Source: Anaerolineae bacterium
Lineage (GTDB): Bacteria > Chloroflexota > Anaerolineae > UBA4142
Direction of reading: 5' to 3'
Assembly (NCBI GenBank): GCA_034435055.1
Contig: DAOTXS010000024.1
Location: 342 to 64,341, forward strand
DNA length: 64,000 nt
The position numbers were made by a program, and so were the translations under genes. This document shows positions 27,296 to 37,577 of this stretch, piece by piece. The notes under the pieces were generated by a model that searched no databases, was not told the DNA's origin, and saw only the letters and a list, made by a program, of their open reading frames with translations. The first letter of the stretch is position 1, and each line of letters starts with the position of its first letter.

Positions 27296-27877
27296 TTATT
27301 TGTTCGCATCGATTCCAATAAATAAACCGCCGATCAACCGATTCACTTGGCGCACGTGAAAGCCGGCGCGCTCCACCGCCCCTAACGTGTCGCGATTCAG
27401 ATGGCAATTGCCGGCAATTTGCTTCCACAGCGGCGTGAGCGCGTCTTGCATCCCGGCAATCAGGCGATTGCGCGTTCGCACGTGTTCGACCAATCGAAAC
27501 GTGCCGCCGGGTTTCAATACGCGATGCACTTCACTCAACGCGCGCGCCGGCTCGCCGATACTGCAAAACGTCAGCGTGCTGACCACCGCATCGAACGAAG
27601 CATCCACGAACGGCAACTCTTCCGCGCGTGCTTGCTGCAAAACGGTCGATGTGCCATTCCGTCGTGCCAACGCTCGCTGCAACGATTCGCCGTTCGGATC
27701 GATGGCGGCAATCGATTGGGCGGCGCGATAGTGTTGCAAGTTGAGTCCGGTGCCCACGCCGATTTCGAGTACGCGTCCGCGCGCGGTACTGACAGCCCAC
27801 CGCCGCCACTGCCGCACGCCAAACGAATCGAACGGCGCGATGATTGTATCGTACGAGGATGCAATGCGTTTATCCAC
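27296..27877 (-). CDS. Class I SAM-dependent methyltransferase
   Basis: VLEIGVGTG, AEELPF, FDAVVS, VLKPGG, LVEH. Confidence 0.92.
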   Translation of the reverse strand: MDKRIASSYDTIIAPFDSFGVRQWRRWAVSTARGRVLEIGVGTGLNLQHYRAAQSIAAIDPNGESLQRALARRNGTSTVLQQARAEELPFVDASFDAVVSTLTFCSIGEPARALSEVHRVLKPGGTFRLVEHVRTRNRLIAGMQDALTPLWKQIAGNCHLNRDTLGAVERAGFHVRQVNRLIGGLFIGIDANK

Positions 27878-28094
27878 TTTGGTTCATCCATCGCGAAACA
27901 ACCGTCCGCAACTTGACCGCGTCTGCCCAAATAATCGGTTGTCCATTCACCGACGCAACCGGCGTATAATGACACTGATCGAGGCAATCGACCAGCTCGA
28001 CTGTAATTTGCGCGCCGTACTGTTTTTTCAAACTCAGCGCAGCAGCGATCACCGGTTTGCTTCGTTCGCAATTGCGACAGACTTTGATGATCAT
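27870..28094 (-). CDS. Small thioredoxin-like (2Fe-2S ferredoxin/DUF1450-like) protein
   Basis: 74 aa, VCRNC..CLDQC..VNG; stop overlaps next ATG. Confidence 0.65.
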   Translation of the reverse strand: MIIKVCRNCERSKPVIAAALSLKKQYGAQITVELVDCLDQCHYTPVASVNGQPIIWADAVKLRTVVSRWMNQSG

Positions 28095-28123
28095 TTTTCC
28101 ATTTTGTCATTGCGCTTGAGAGG

Positions 28124-30631
28124 TTACAACACCGGCGCTTTGAATCCACGCAAGCGCAAAGAATTCGTTACAACAAATACCGACGAAAACGCCATCGCCG
28201 CCGCTGCGATAATTGGATTCAAGAGCAACGCAAAGAACGGATACAACACGCCCGCCGCAATCGGGATGCCGGCGACGTTGTAGAAAAACGCCCAAAACAA
28301 ATTGCCTTTGATCGTGCGAATCGTTTGCTTCGACAACGCAATCGCTGTGGCGACGCCGCGCAAATCGCCGGAGATGAGCGTGATTTCTGCCGCTTGCATC
28401 GCCACGTCGGTTCCTGTTCCAATCGCAATGCCGATGTTTGCTTGTGCGAGCGCGGGCGCATCGTTGATGCCATCGCCCACCATTGCGACGATCTCGCCTT
28501 GCGCTTGCAATTCTTTCACCTTGTCTGCTTTTTGATGCGGCAAAACTTCCGCAAAGAAATTATCGATGCCGACCTGTTGGGCAATCGCGGCGGCAGTGCG
28601 CGGATTGTCGCCGGTCAACATATAGACCTTGACCCCCAGTTTCTTCAACGCCTCGACCGCCGCTTTGGAATTGGGTTTCAATGTGTCGGCGACGGCGATC
28701 AACCCGGCGGGCTTGCCATCGATTGCCGCGAACATCGCCGTTTTGCCTTCGTCCGCCAATTCACTGGCTTGCGATTCCAAACCATCGAGCGCGATATTTT
28801 GATCGAGCATCAATTTGCTGTTGCCGATCAACACCTCGCGTCCGTCGATGCGTGCGCGGATGCCGTGCCCGGCAACCGCGCCAAATTCCGATGGCTCGGT
28901 CAAACTCAATCCGATTTCTTGCGCGTGTTTGACGATGGCTTGACCGAGCGGATGCTCGGAATTTTTTTCCGCGCTCGCAACCAATTGCAACAAACGTTCA
29001 ACGTTCAACGTTTCAGGTTTAAGGTTTGAACTTTGAACCTCAAACTTTGAACTTGTAACTACATCTGTCACGGCAGGTTTTCCTTGCGTCAGCGTCCCGG
29101 TTTTGTCGAGAATAATCGCCGTAACCTTGTGCGCGGTTTCCAACGCGCCGCCGCTCCGTATCAACACACCATTCTCCGCGCCTTTGCCAGTGCCAACCAT
29201 AATCGCGGTCGGCGTGGCGAGACCGAGCGCGCACGGACACGCGATGATCAACACGGCGACGAAATTGACGAACGCCATATTGAACGATGGTTGCGGTCCA
29301 AAAATCAGCCACACCAAAAATGTTGCCATTGCGATAGCGACGACAATCGGCACGAACACCGCCGAGATTTGATCGGCGAGGCGTTGAATCGGCGCTTTCG
29401 ATCCTTGTGCGTCTTCGACGAGTTTGATGATTTGCGCGAGCGCAGTTTCGCGTCCGACTTTCCGCGCCTCGAATTTGAACGCACCCATTTTGTTGATCGT
29501 CGCGCCAATAACGTTATCGCCGACATTTTTCTCGACGGGCAAACTTTCGCCGGTGATCATCGATTCGTCAATCGATGAATAGCCGGAAAGAATCACGCCA
29601 TCGACCGGGATTTTTTCGCCGGGGCGCACGCTAACAATGTCGCCCACGCGCACGTCGTTCACCGGAATTTCGATTTCCTGTCCGTTGCGTTCGATACGCG
29701 CGGTCTTTGCTTGCAACTGCATCAAATTCTTGATCGCTTCGGACGTTTGTCCTTTGGCGCGCGCTTCCAAGTATTTTCCAACTTTGATGAGCGTGATGAT
29801 GACCGCCGCGCTTTCAAAGTACACGTGCGAATCGATTTTGACACCGAACAACCCGGCGACTAGAACGATGACACTGAACCAATACGCCGCGTTCGTGCCA
29901 AGCGAAATGAGCAAATCCATATTCGGCGCGCCGGCGCGCAACGATTTCCACGCGCCGCGATGATACCCACGACCAACGTAGAATTGGACCGGCGTCGCGA
30001 GTGCAAACAACAACCATTTGAAACCGTCCCACCAAAAGAGCCACGGCATAAAATCGTGCATCTTGAGTGCGTGCACAATATCGTGCGTCATCGAGAGGAC
30101 AAAGAGCGGGGCGGTGAATGCAATGCCGATCATCAAGTCGCGCCACTCGCGTTGGCGTTCTTCCTCGCGCAATGCGCGTTCCCGATCGACGAGTTCTTCC
30201 TGTTTGTTGCCGAGTTCAAGTACTTCATACCCGGCATCTTCGACGGCGCGTTTCAGATCCGCAAGTGTTGCCGCGCCGGGAATCATTTCGACCGTTGCGC
30301 GTTCGGTCGCCAGATTAACCGCGACGTTTAGTACGCCGGGAACCTCTTTGAGTCCATTCTCAACGTGCATCACGCAACTGGCGCAGGTCATTCCGCCAAT
30401 TGGCAACGTGATTTTATCGACAACAACATCGTAACCCACATCGCGTACTGCCGTGACCATTTTATCAATAGTGGTTTGTTCTGGATCGAACTGCACTGTC
30501 GCGCGTTCGTTGGCGAGATTGACCACCGCGGTTTGCACACCCGCGACCTCTTTCAATCCGCCTTCGACGTGCATCACGCACGCGGCGCAGGTCATGCCGC
30601 TGATTGGCAATGTTATTTGTTGGGTAGACAT
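28124..30631 (-). CDS. copA: Cu(I)-exporting P1B-type ATPase
   Basis: Two GMTCxxC HMA domains, TGES, CPC, DKTGT, SEHP, GDGIND, YN and MAFSS; csoR upstream. Confidence 0.96.
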   Translation of the reverse strand: MSTQQITLPISGMTCAACVMHVEGGLKEVAGVQTAVVNLANERATVQFDPEQTTIDKMVTAVRDVGYDVVVDKITLPIGGMTCASCVMHVENGLKEVPGVLNVAVNLATERATVEMIPGAATLADLKRAVEDAGYEVLELGNKQEELVDRERALREEERQREWRDLMIGIAFTAPLFVLSMTHDIVHALKMHDFMPWLFWWDGFKWLLFALATPVQFYVGRGYHRGAWKSLRAGAPNMDLLISLGTNAAYWFSVIVLVAGLFGVKIDSHVYFESAAVIITLIKVGKYLEARAKGQTSEAIKNLMQLQAKTARIERNGQEIEIPVNDVRVGDIVSVRPGEKIPVDGVILSGYSSIDESMITGESLPVEKNVGDNVIGATINKMGAFKFEARKVGRETALAQIIKLVEDAQGSKAPIQRLADQISAVFVPIVVAIAMATFLVWLIFGPQPSFNMAFVNFVAVLIIACPCALGLATPTAIMVGTGKGAENGVLIRSGGALETAHKVTAIILDKTGTLTQGKPAVTDVVTSSKFEVQSSNLKPETLNVERLLQLVASAEKNSEHPLGQAIVKHAQEIGLSLTEPSEFGAVAGHGIRARIDGREVLIGNSKLMLDQNIALDGLESQASELADEGKTAMFAAIDGKPAGLIAVADTLKPNSKAAVEALKKLGVKVYMLTGDNPRTAAAIAQQVGIDNFFAEVLPHQKADKVKELQAQGEIVAMVGDGINDAPALAQANIGIAIGTGTDVAMQAAEITLISGDLRGVATAIALSKQTIRTIKGNLFWAFFYNVAGIPIAAGVLYPFFALLLNPIIAAAAMAFSSVFVVTNSLRLRGFKAPVL
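28992..29054. repeat. Nine-unit inverted heptamer array in frame within copA
   Basis: AAACGTT CAACGTT CAACGTT TCAGGTT TAAGGTT TGAACTT TGAACCT CAAACTT TGAACTT = 63 nt. Confidence 0.85.
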
Positions 30632-30663
30632 CTCTATCCTGTCAGTCAACCAGTGCCTAGTTG

Positions 30664-30945
30664 CTAGATTTTTGAAGCGGTTTCAAACACATCGAGCAAT
30701 TCTTTGATGACGCGCTCGCGTTCTTTGGGTTTGTTGCCGCGAATCGCCGTTGTGACGCAGTGGTTCATGTGGCGTTCGAGCAAAAGCGCGTTCAATTTGT
30801 CCAACGCTTTTTCAATCGCCTGAGTTTGTTTGATGATGTCAATGCAATAGGCGTCTTCGTCGATCATACGCGCCACTGCGCCCATATGTCCCTGAATGCT
30901 CAAAGCACGGTTTTTGAGTTGCTGTTTGTGATCGTCCATTGCCAT
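30664..30945 (-). CDS. csoR: CsoR/RcnR-family metal-sensing repressor
   Basis: [22 protein letters not shown]; precedes copA. Confidence 0.9.
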   Translation of the reverse strand: MAMDDHKQQLKNRALSIQGHMGAVARMIDEDAYCIDIIKQTQAIEKALDKLNALLLERHMNHCVTTAIRGNKPKERERVIKELLDVFETASKI

Positions 30946-30951
30946 ACCTTT

Positions 30952-30981
30952 TACCCATCCCACCCCCCACCGGAGGGGGTA
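30952..30981. promoter_or_regulatory. Putative CsoR operator
   Basis: Minus strand TACCCCCTCCGGTGGGGGGT: C-tract/G-tract pseudo-palindrome just downstream of the -10. Confidence 0.65.
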
Positions 30982-30991
30982 ATCTAAAGCC

Positions 30992-31020
30992 ATTGTATCG
31001 CGCGCGCGGGAGTTTGTCAA
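30992..31020 (-). promoter_or_regulatory. sigma70-type promoter of csoR-copA
   Basis: TTGACA (31020-31015) - 17 nt - TACAAT (30997-30992). Confidence 0.85.
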
Positions 31021-31055
31021 ATCAAAAACCCGCCAGCGCACCGGCGGATTTCGGG

Positions 31056-32171
31056 TTAGTCGATGTGCGCCTGCGCGTTGGCGTCTGCGGCGCGCTGGCG
31101 TTGCCAGCGTTCAAAAAAGAACGTGACCATCGCCCACAAGACACCGGCAACCGGAATCCCAAAGAACGCGCCCCAAAACCCGGCAATGCGAACGCTGATC
31201 AGAATGGCGGCAAAAACCAGCAATGGGTGCAGACCTAGCGAATCGCTCAGCACGCGTGGCATGAGAACGTTGACGATTACAAATTGGTACACAAATAAAA
31301 AGATAAACAGCCACAAGGCGACATCGGGTGTCTGGAAGAGCGCGACCAACACTGGTGGAATCAGCGCCAGAAAAGGTCCAACCAGTGGAATGAGCATAAA
31401 CAAGCCGGCAAACAGCGCGGCGATCAGGACAAAATTCAATGCCAACACCGTCATGGCAATTCCTGTGCCAACGCCAACGAGCAATGCTTGCATCAATTGG
31501 CTGCGCAAGAAACCACCGAATGTACGGTCGACATTTTGGGAAAAGACATCGACTTCATCGTGAAATGCTTTTGGCACGCGCGACAAAATCTTATCCCACA
31601 TGCGTGGCCCATCCATCGTCATAATGAATCCGATGATGACGACGAAAAATAAATTTGCCAAGACGCCGAGCACGCCCGTGAAAATACCCAGCGCATTTTG
31701 AATGATCGTGCTGGCATAGTTCTGCAAACTGTTCAGTCCGCTGTCGATGGCTTGCTGAACGTTGACTCGAATGCCCACGCGCGCCAATTCCACTTGGGCG
31801 GTTTTACTCAGTTGGGGAACTTGATCCATATATTCTGGCAGATGACTTGCTAACAGCGTCAATTGTGTGATTGCCGTTGGCGCAAACAAGCCGACGGCAA
31901 TAATGATCACCAACACTAGCGCCAGATAAACGAATATCACCGCCTGCTCGCGTGAAAAACGCGCTGGCGCACCGGCGGCTGATGGACGGCTCAAGGATGC
32001 AACCGCCGGATTCAAGATGAAGGATACAAGCCAGCCCAGAACAAACAACAACAACAAATCGGCATAGTTGCTGAGAATCTGCCACACCATTTGCGCCAGC
32101 GCGAGCGTGGCAAGAATGATTAGCAGAATTAAAAGTGTATTGATGAGTTTGTCGCGCAATGTTTTGTCCAT
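31056..32171 (-). CDS. AI-2E family transporter
   Basis: SFILNPAV, GGFLRSQL, IPLVGP, LMPRVLSDSLGLHPL, GAFFGIP. Confidence 0.92.
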   Translation of the reverse strand: MDKTLRDKLINTLLILLIILATLALAQMVWQILSNYADLLLLFVLGWLVSFILNPAVASLSRPSAAGAPARFSREQAVIFVYLALVLVIIIAVGLFAPTAITQLTLLASHLPEYMDQVPQLSKTAQVELARVGIRVNVQQAIDSGLNSLQNYASTIIQNALGIFTGVLGVLANLFFVVIIGFIMTMDGPRMWDKILSRVPKAFHDEVDVFSQNVDRTFGGFLRSQLMQALLVGVGTGIAMTVLALNFVLIAALFAGLFMLIPLVGPFLALIPPVLVALFQTPDVALWLFIFLFVYQFVIVNVLMPRVLSDSLGLHPLLVFAAILISVRIAGFWGAFFGIPVAGVLWAMVTFFFERWQRQRAADANAQAHID

Positions 32172-32182
32172 CGCTTCAATCC

Positions 32183-33859
32183 TCACGCCGATTTAGCGCG
32201 CCGCCAACTCCAAACCAATAATCCACTCGCGCCGATAAACAAAATACCAAAGAGACTTGCCAGCAGCCACGGAAAAGCCGGATGACTATCGGCGTAAATT
32301 TCCAGACCGTCTAACGCAACTTCGCCATTCTGCCCCACCACAATTTCGACCGAGTGCGTCGTGCGTGGCAGGTCGCGGACAATCGACACGCGAACTTGCC
32401 ACTCGTCGTTTGGCGATGCCAGATCGATGTAACTATTGTTGTTCGCGTCAAGTGGCAGACCCGGCACGCGCTGACCATCAACTGTAATCCACGCGCGCCC
32501 AAGTGTGGGCGACCGTTGCACGATCAAGTCCAAACCATCGCCCCAGAATTTGAAATTGACGCGCGCGCCCGGTTGGCGCGTCATCAGCAAACTTCCCCCG
32601 CTGGCGCGTGGATTGAGTAACGGTTGCCAGTTGCCGGTCATTTGAATGGCAATGTTTGTTTCTTGATGCAAGCCCGGCTGGGCAACTTGCGGAAACGTCG
32701 CAACTTCTTTCAGGCGTTGATAAACCAGCCGTGGCGTAAAATCGACGTCGACCATCCGGAAGTAATAATCGGCGCGGTCAGGAGTGATGTCGCCCACTTG
32801 CCGGAAATACCACAGGTTGAACACACCAACCCAGTTCCAATTCGCGCGCGCGTACTCAATGCCGCGCAACGTGTAATCGGCTTGCTGTTGTTCCGGCACG
32901 CGCCCCCACAATAATTTCTCGGCGGGAAAATCCGGCGGCGCGGCGTTCCAACCGTACTCGTTGATCCAAATGGCTTTGTTCGCGTCGCCGTATTTTTCCA
33001 TGATCTGCCGCGCCAGCACGACGCGTTGGAAATTCAATTGCTTGGGGTCGGGCGGATCCGTGGGCGTGGATTTCAAACCAAACGCGTTCGCGGAAAGAAT
33101 GTCGAAATAGTCTTTGGCGCCGGCTTTGTACAACGCTTCAAGATAATCGAGGTCGTTCATATGTCGCCAGAAATCGGAATTGGGTTCCCAGCCTTCGCCA
33201 AGCGTGATGGCGAGCGGCGCGGATAATACGCGAATGTTCGGGTCAGCGCCTTTGGCGCGTCGATATGCAATTTCCAAAAGCGCGGCGTACCCGGCAGGAT
33301 CAACGGGGCGATTGCCCCATTCTGGAAAAATGTTTGGCTCGTTCCAAATTTGGATGTACCGCACGCGCCCTTTGTACCGCCGCACAAACGCATCGATAAA
33401 ATTTCCGTAATCGTTCAGATCGTCCGGCGGCGCTTGTGGAATCGATTTGTCTTTGTGTGTCCACGCGGGCGGTCGATCCAAGCGCGCGATGATTTGCAAA
33501 CCGTACTTTTCAAACGTCGCAATGATTTGATCCGATTTTTCCCAATCGTATTGGTTCTGGCGTTTTTCGATTTCTTCCCACGAGAATTGTTGTTTTGCCC
33601 ACACAATGCCGGCTTCGCGTGCCATCCGCACCGTGCGATCGCGTTTCCAATCTTCCACTTCGCGGTCGAGAAAAAAATTGGCGCCGTACGGATTTACGTC
33701 CGTGTCCGGAATCAAGCGCGGCGGCAGCGGTGATGGTGCGGGACTATCGGCTTCTACCCACGTGGCAACGCTCCACGACAAACCGACGAGCGCGGCGAGC
33801 GCGACGAGCGTGAGGAAAAATCGAACGAGACGGGATTTCAAGCACAACTCCTTGACCAA
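32183..33859 (-). CDS. Membrane-anchored GH-A clan glycoside hydrolase (GH5/GH39-like)
   Basis: WAKQQFSWEEIE, YIQIWNEPN (acid/base), WINEYGW (nucleophile); N- and C-terminal hydrophobic segments. Confidence 0.8.
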   Translation of the reverse strand: MVKELCLKSRLVRFFLTLVALAALVGLSWSVATWVEADSPAPSPLPPRLIPDTDVNPYGANFFLDREVEDWKRDRTVRMAREAGIVWAKQQFSWEEIEKRQNQYDWEKSDQIIATFEKYGLQIIARLDRPPAWTHKDKSIPQAPPDDLNDYGNFIDAFVRRYKGRVRYIQIWNEPNIFPEWGNRPVDPAGYAALLEIAYRRAKGADPNIRVLSAPLAITLGEGWEPNSDFWRHMNDLDYLEALYKAGAKDYFDILSANAFGLKSTPTDPPDPKQLNFQRVVLARQIMEKYGDANKAIWINEYGWNAAPPDFPAEKLLWGRVPEQQQADYTLRGIEYARANWNWVGVFNLWYFRQVGDITPDRADYYFRMVDVDFTPRLVYQRLKEVATFPQVAQPGLHQETNIAIQMTGNWQPLLNPRASGGSLLMTRQPGARVNFKFWGDGLDLIVQRSPTLGRAWITVDGQRVPGLPLDANNNSYIDLASPNDEWQVRVSIVRDLPRTTHSVEIVVGQNGEVALDGLEIYADSHPAFPWLLASLFGILFIGASGLLVWSWRRAKSA

Positions 33860-33971
33860 AAGTCGGCGGGGACGTTGGGGGCGAATTTGTTCTAATCATA
33901 TCACAACGTAGCGCGAGCGTCAAAAAATAAAAAACCTTGCGAAGGTTTTCTGCGCAAGGTTTTGGGGATTT

Positions 33972-34892
33972 CTATTGCACACCCGACCACGAACGTTCGT
34001 AGATGAGGACTTTCCAAATCTCGTCTTCTTTGAGTGTGCCTTTCCACGGTGGCATACCGGTATTCTTGACGCCTTCCATCACCAGATAAAAATGGCAATC
34101 GACCGGCATTCCTTGCATAAACGCCTTGTCCGCTAGATTTGCTGGTTTGGGGTTGAGCGCGCCTGCGACAACCCCATCGCCCTTGCCGGCGGTGCCGTGG
34201 CACGACGCGCAATTAGTATCGTAAATCGTTTTGCCTTGTGCTAGAATCGCGCGGTCGCTAAACGGATATGGGGCTTTTTTGCCGGCGTACTCCGCCGGGA
34301 TATTTTGGCACAATGGAATCAAGCCGGCAGCCCCCGGTTGCGGGGTTGGCGTGGGACCGCGCGTGGGGGTGGGACCGGGCGGGCCGGCGGGAGGCCAGGC
34401 ATTTACTTCCGGCGCTTGTTTTTCCCAGTTCGATACAAAAGCCACGAGCGCATCGATTTGGTCGGGGCGCATCGGTCCGCCGTACTGTTGCGCCCACGTT
34501 GGCATTTTTGCCGCGTACAAATCAGGACGCGATTGCACCGGTCGGCCGGCGGCAATCGTGTTCTTTAAAAAGGCTTGATTACTGCCAACCCATCCGATTT
34601 CTTTAGCGCGTCGACCATCGAACATATCTTTGCGCGCGATTGCCGGCGCCACGCCCGGCAGACCTTCGCCAAGTTTGCCGTGACACGAATAGCAGTATTG
34701 CCCGTACAGGTCTGCACCGACTTCGATCTCGCGTCCTTTGAGCGCCATTCCGCGTCGTTCCATTTCGGTGGGCTCGTCCGGCGGAATCAGCCCCAAATCG
34801 CGCCCCAAATCATTCACGGCGATGGATGCCAGCGGGATGCACGTGAGCAAAGTAAAAATCAAACCGACGAGAATTTTGAGTTGAATGGACAT
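33972..34892 (-). CDS. Di-heme cytochrome c, membrane-anchored
   Basis: CYSCH and CASCH, MPTW and MPPW axial Met motifs. Confidence 0.92.
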   Translation of the reverse strand: MSIQLKILVGLIFTLLTCIPLASIAVNDLGRDLGLIPPDEPTEMERRGMALKGREIEVGADLYGQYCYSCHGKLGEGLPGVAPAIARKDMFDGRRAKEIGWVGSNQAFLKNTIAAGRPVQSRPDLYAAKMPTWAQQYGGPMRPDQIDALVAFVSNWEKQAPEVNAWPPAGPPGPTPTRGPTPTPQPGAAGLIPLCQNIPAEYAGKKAPYPFSDRAILAQGKTIYDTNCASCHGTAGKGDGVVAGALNPKPANLADKAFMQGMPVDCHFYLVMEGVKNTGMPPWKGTLKEDEIWKVLIYERSWSGVQ

Positions 34893-34922
34893 GGTAACTA
34901 CTCGCTGTTGAGAATCGACGAG

Positions 34923-36749
34923 TTACTCGTACGCCGAGTCTTTATGGAGATAGATGATTTTTTCGAACGTGCCGGTATCGCCGATTTCGCGTGGCGTCCA
35001 CGTGATGCGCAAGGTTACTTTTTTCAAGTCGGTTTGCCAATCTTCGACGATGAAAAAGCCGAGTGCGTCTTGCAATCCTTGCTTGTCCGAGTGTTTTGCC
35101 AGTTCGGCTTGATGCGCGACTGCCTTTTGCATATTCGCAAGTAGTGCTTCGAAATGACCGGCGTTGGCAGGCGGATTGGCAAACTGTGCCAATTCGTACG
35201 TGCCCGTGGGTAATCCTTCGTACCCGAGCTGGCGCACCTCGCCGCAGTTATCCGGCAAGAGCGGAATCGGCGGCAAGACACATTCTTCCGGGATAAATTC
35301 CTGTCCTAATTCAACGGCGGGCGGTGCGCTGACACCAAAATACGGTGTGCCCAAGTAGGTTAGAACAAGAAGTAACGCGGTAAAGCCCAAGCCCATCGTG
35401 ATACCCAGTTTGCGATTTTTGCCCAAGCGGCTGGACGAACGTCCCCAGAATTTGTCCCACCATTCATCGATGTACGGAATCACCAGTGCGATCAACGCCA
35501 TGCCGGTGGGCAAAATAATGCCTTGCCACGCTGGGCTATCGTAAAATTGCACAAGGTCGATGCCAAGAAAATCGCGCATTGCCCGCAACATCGGCAAGAG
35601 AACCGGGTCTTTGAGCATTCCTTGGAGCCAGAGGAAATACCACGGCGCGGTGGTGTGTAACGGCGTGCGGTATGGATCGGCGTGATGTTCCAGCGGCGCG
35701 TGGAAAGCGTACGCGGCAAACGCCGTCATCGCAAATACGGCGATGGCAACCCACATCAACTCTTTTGTCAAAATGTCGGGGAGATAATCGAGTCGTTCCT
35801 TCGCCGCTTTGCGCACTTCGGGATCGGGTGATTCTTCTTCGCTGGCTGGCAGACTGATGCCGTGCAAGCGCGAGACGCGATAGTAATGCACCGAGATGAG
35901 GAGCGCGGTGATGGCGGGAGCCAGAATAACATGCACGAGATAAAATCGCAACAGACCATTCTGACCGATGGTGTCGCCGCCGCGCATAATCAGGTTGGAA
36001 ATATAACCCATGATCTCTTTGGGTGGGGCGGATTTTGCCATACTTGTGCCAATCGTGACCGCCCAGTATGCCAATTGATCCCAGGGGAGTAAATAGCCGG
36101 AGAAGGAAAGTGCGAGCGTGAGAATGAGCAGAATCACGCCGGTCACCCACGTGAACTGACGCGGATGTTTGTACGAACCGGTCAGGTACACACGCAACAT
36201 ATGCAACCCGACGAACAACACCATCAACTCCGCGCCGATGCGATGAATGTCGCGCATCAATTGACCAAACGGAACCTCGCTGATGATCTTGATCATCGAT
36301 TGGTACGCCTGATCTTGCGCCGGAATGTAGAACACCATCAGAATAATGCCCGTGATGCTTTCGACGATGAAGGTCAATGCGCTCATAAAGCCCAAGCCAA
36401 ACGTGTGGGTGAACTTGGTGGATGAGCGTTCGTAATAGCGTGGGCGGATGTGTGCCAGAAAAGCGTTCGTAAAAACTTTATAGCGTGGATTCGGTTTTTC
36501 CACCGGCGGATCGCCGCGGAACAACGCGCGCACATCGGCGATACCCATCCCCGCCGAAACCGCGCGCATCGTATCGTCTGCAACTTTCCACGATGTATCG
36601 CGCGTCTGTTGCGCAATCTGCTTGCGCCCATCGGGTGAACGCAGGTTGCTCAAAACCGTAAATAGATTTTTTAAACCGACTGGCAATCGCTCGGATAACT
36701 TGCTGAAGAAACCGGCAATGAAATGAGTGCGCCCTTTTCGTTCGAACAT
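34923..36749 (-). CDS. Cytochrome b (fused b6 + subunit IV type) of Rieske/cyt b complex
   Basis: RDIHR, GLHMLRV, SGYLLPWDQLAYWA, RFYLVH..SVHYY, APWYF. Confidence 0.93.
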   Translation of the reverse strand: MFERKGRTHFIAGFFSKLSERLPVGLKNLFTVLSNLRSPDGRKQIAQQTRDTSWKVADDTMRAVSAGMGIADVRALFRGDPPVEKPNPRYKVFTNAFLAHIRPRYYERSSTKFTHTFGLGFMSALTFIVESITGIILMVFYIPAQDQAYQSMIKIISEVPFGQLMRDIHRIGAELMVLFVGLHMLRVYLTGSYKHPRQFTWVTGVILLILTLALSFSGYLLPWDQLAYWAVTIGTSMAKSAPPKEIMGYISNLIMRGGDTIGQNGLLRFYLVHVILAPAITALLISVHYYRVSRLHGISLPASEEESPDPEVRKAAKERLDYLPDILTKELMWVAIAVFAMTAFAAYAFHAPLEHHADPYRTPLHTTAPWYFLWLQGMLKDPVLLPMLRAMRDFLGIDLVQFYDSPAWQGIILPTGMALIALVIPYIDEWWDKFWGRSSSRLGKNRKLGITMGLGFTALLLVLTYLGTPYFGVSAPPAVELGQEFIPEECVLPPIPLLPDNCGEVRQLGYEGLPTGTYELAQFANPPANAGHFEALLANMQKAVAHQAELAKHSDKQGLQDALGFFIVEDWQTDLKKVTLRITWTPREIGDTGTFEKIIYLHKDSAYE

Positions 36750-36785
36750 AATATATCCTCTTGGATGATGAATCGCGTGAAAGGA

Positions 36786-37355
36786 CTAGCCGTGCGGCTC
36801 GCCTTCGACTACTTTGCCTGTATCGATGATGACTTCGAGATTTGGATCCGCCGGCGGGGTAATGGGTTTGGCTTTGGCGTCGGTCTGCGCCACAACTTGA
36901 TTATTCGCGCCAACAAAACGCACTTGCATCCGATCCAAACTGCGCGGCGCGGGACCTTCGATGTACGTCCCGTCGCGGGTGTACTTGGAACCGTGACACG
37001 GACATTCAAAGCGACCGCTCACCGGTTGCCATTCGTACAAACAGCCGAGGTGGACACAGACATCGTACAACGCGACAATCGCGCCGTTGACGTTAGATAG
37101 CCAGAACTTGCCAATCGTATCGTGTTTGGGCGGATCGGTGGGGCCGGGCAAGATATCGCCGGCTTTGCCGAGGGGGAAGAGACCGCCAAATTCGCCGGTC
37201 TTGAAACGGGGAAATGCAAAAAAATACGTCGCGCCGCCAAAGCCCACCAAAAAAACAAACCCCAGACTGGACAGCCACGCGTAATTGAGAAACTCGCGGC
37301 GCGTCAGGGGGGGCATTTGAGGCGCAGGATTTGCGCTGGCTTTGGCTTCCGCCAT
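36786..37355 (-). CDS. Rieske [2Fe-2S] subunit
   Basis: TRREFL Tat-like motif plus TM; CVHLGC and CPCHGS. Confidence 0.95.
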   Translation of the reverse strand: MAEAKASANPAPQMPPLTRREFLNYAWLSSLGFVFLVGFGGATYFFAFPRFKTGEFGGLFPLGKAGDILPGPTDPPKHDTIGKFWLSNVNGAIVALYDVCVHLGCLYEWQPVSGRFECPCHGSKYTRDGTYIEGPAPRSLDRMQVRFVGANNQVVAQTDAKAKPITPPADPNLEVIIDTGKVVEGEPHG

Positions 37356-37577
37356 ATTGTTCCAACTCCTTACAAAGATGTCGAGAAAATCAAAATGCTC
37401 TCGCAAGAGCGGTGCGATTATAGCATAATCAAAAACAAATATCAAGTGCATTTTCAGAAATCCGCGCGCCGACGATGAACTCACAATGAATTCGATCCTT
37501 TGACGGACGAAACACGGTCGATAAAAAATAGCGCTGAGATTTTTCAGCGCTATTTTTTATCGAGGGGAGTTGTGCGA

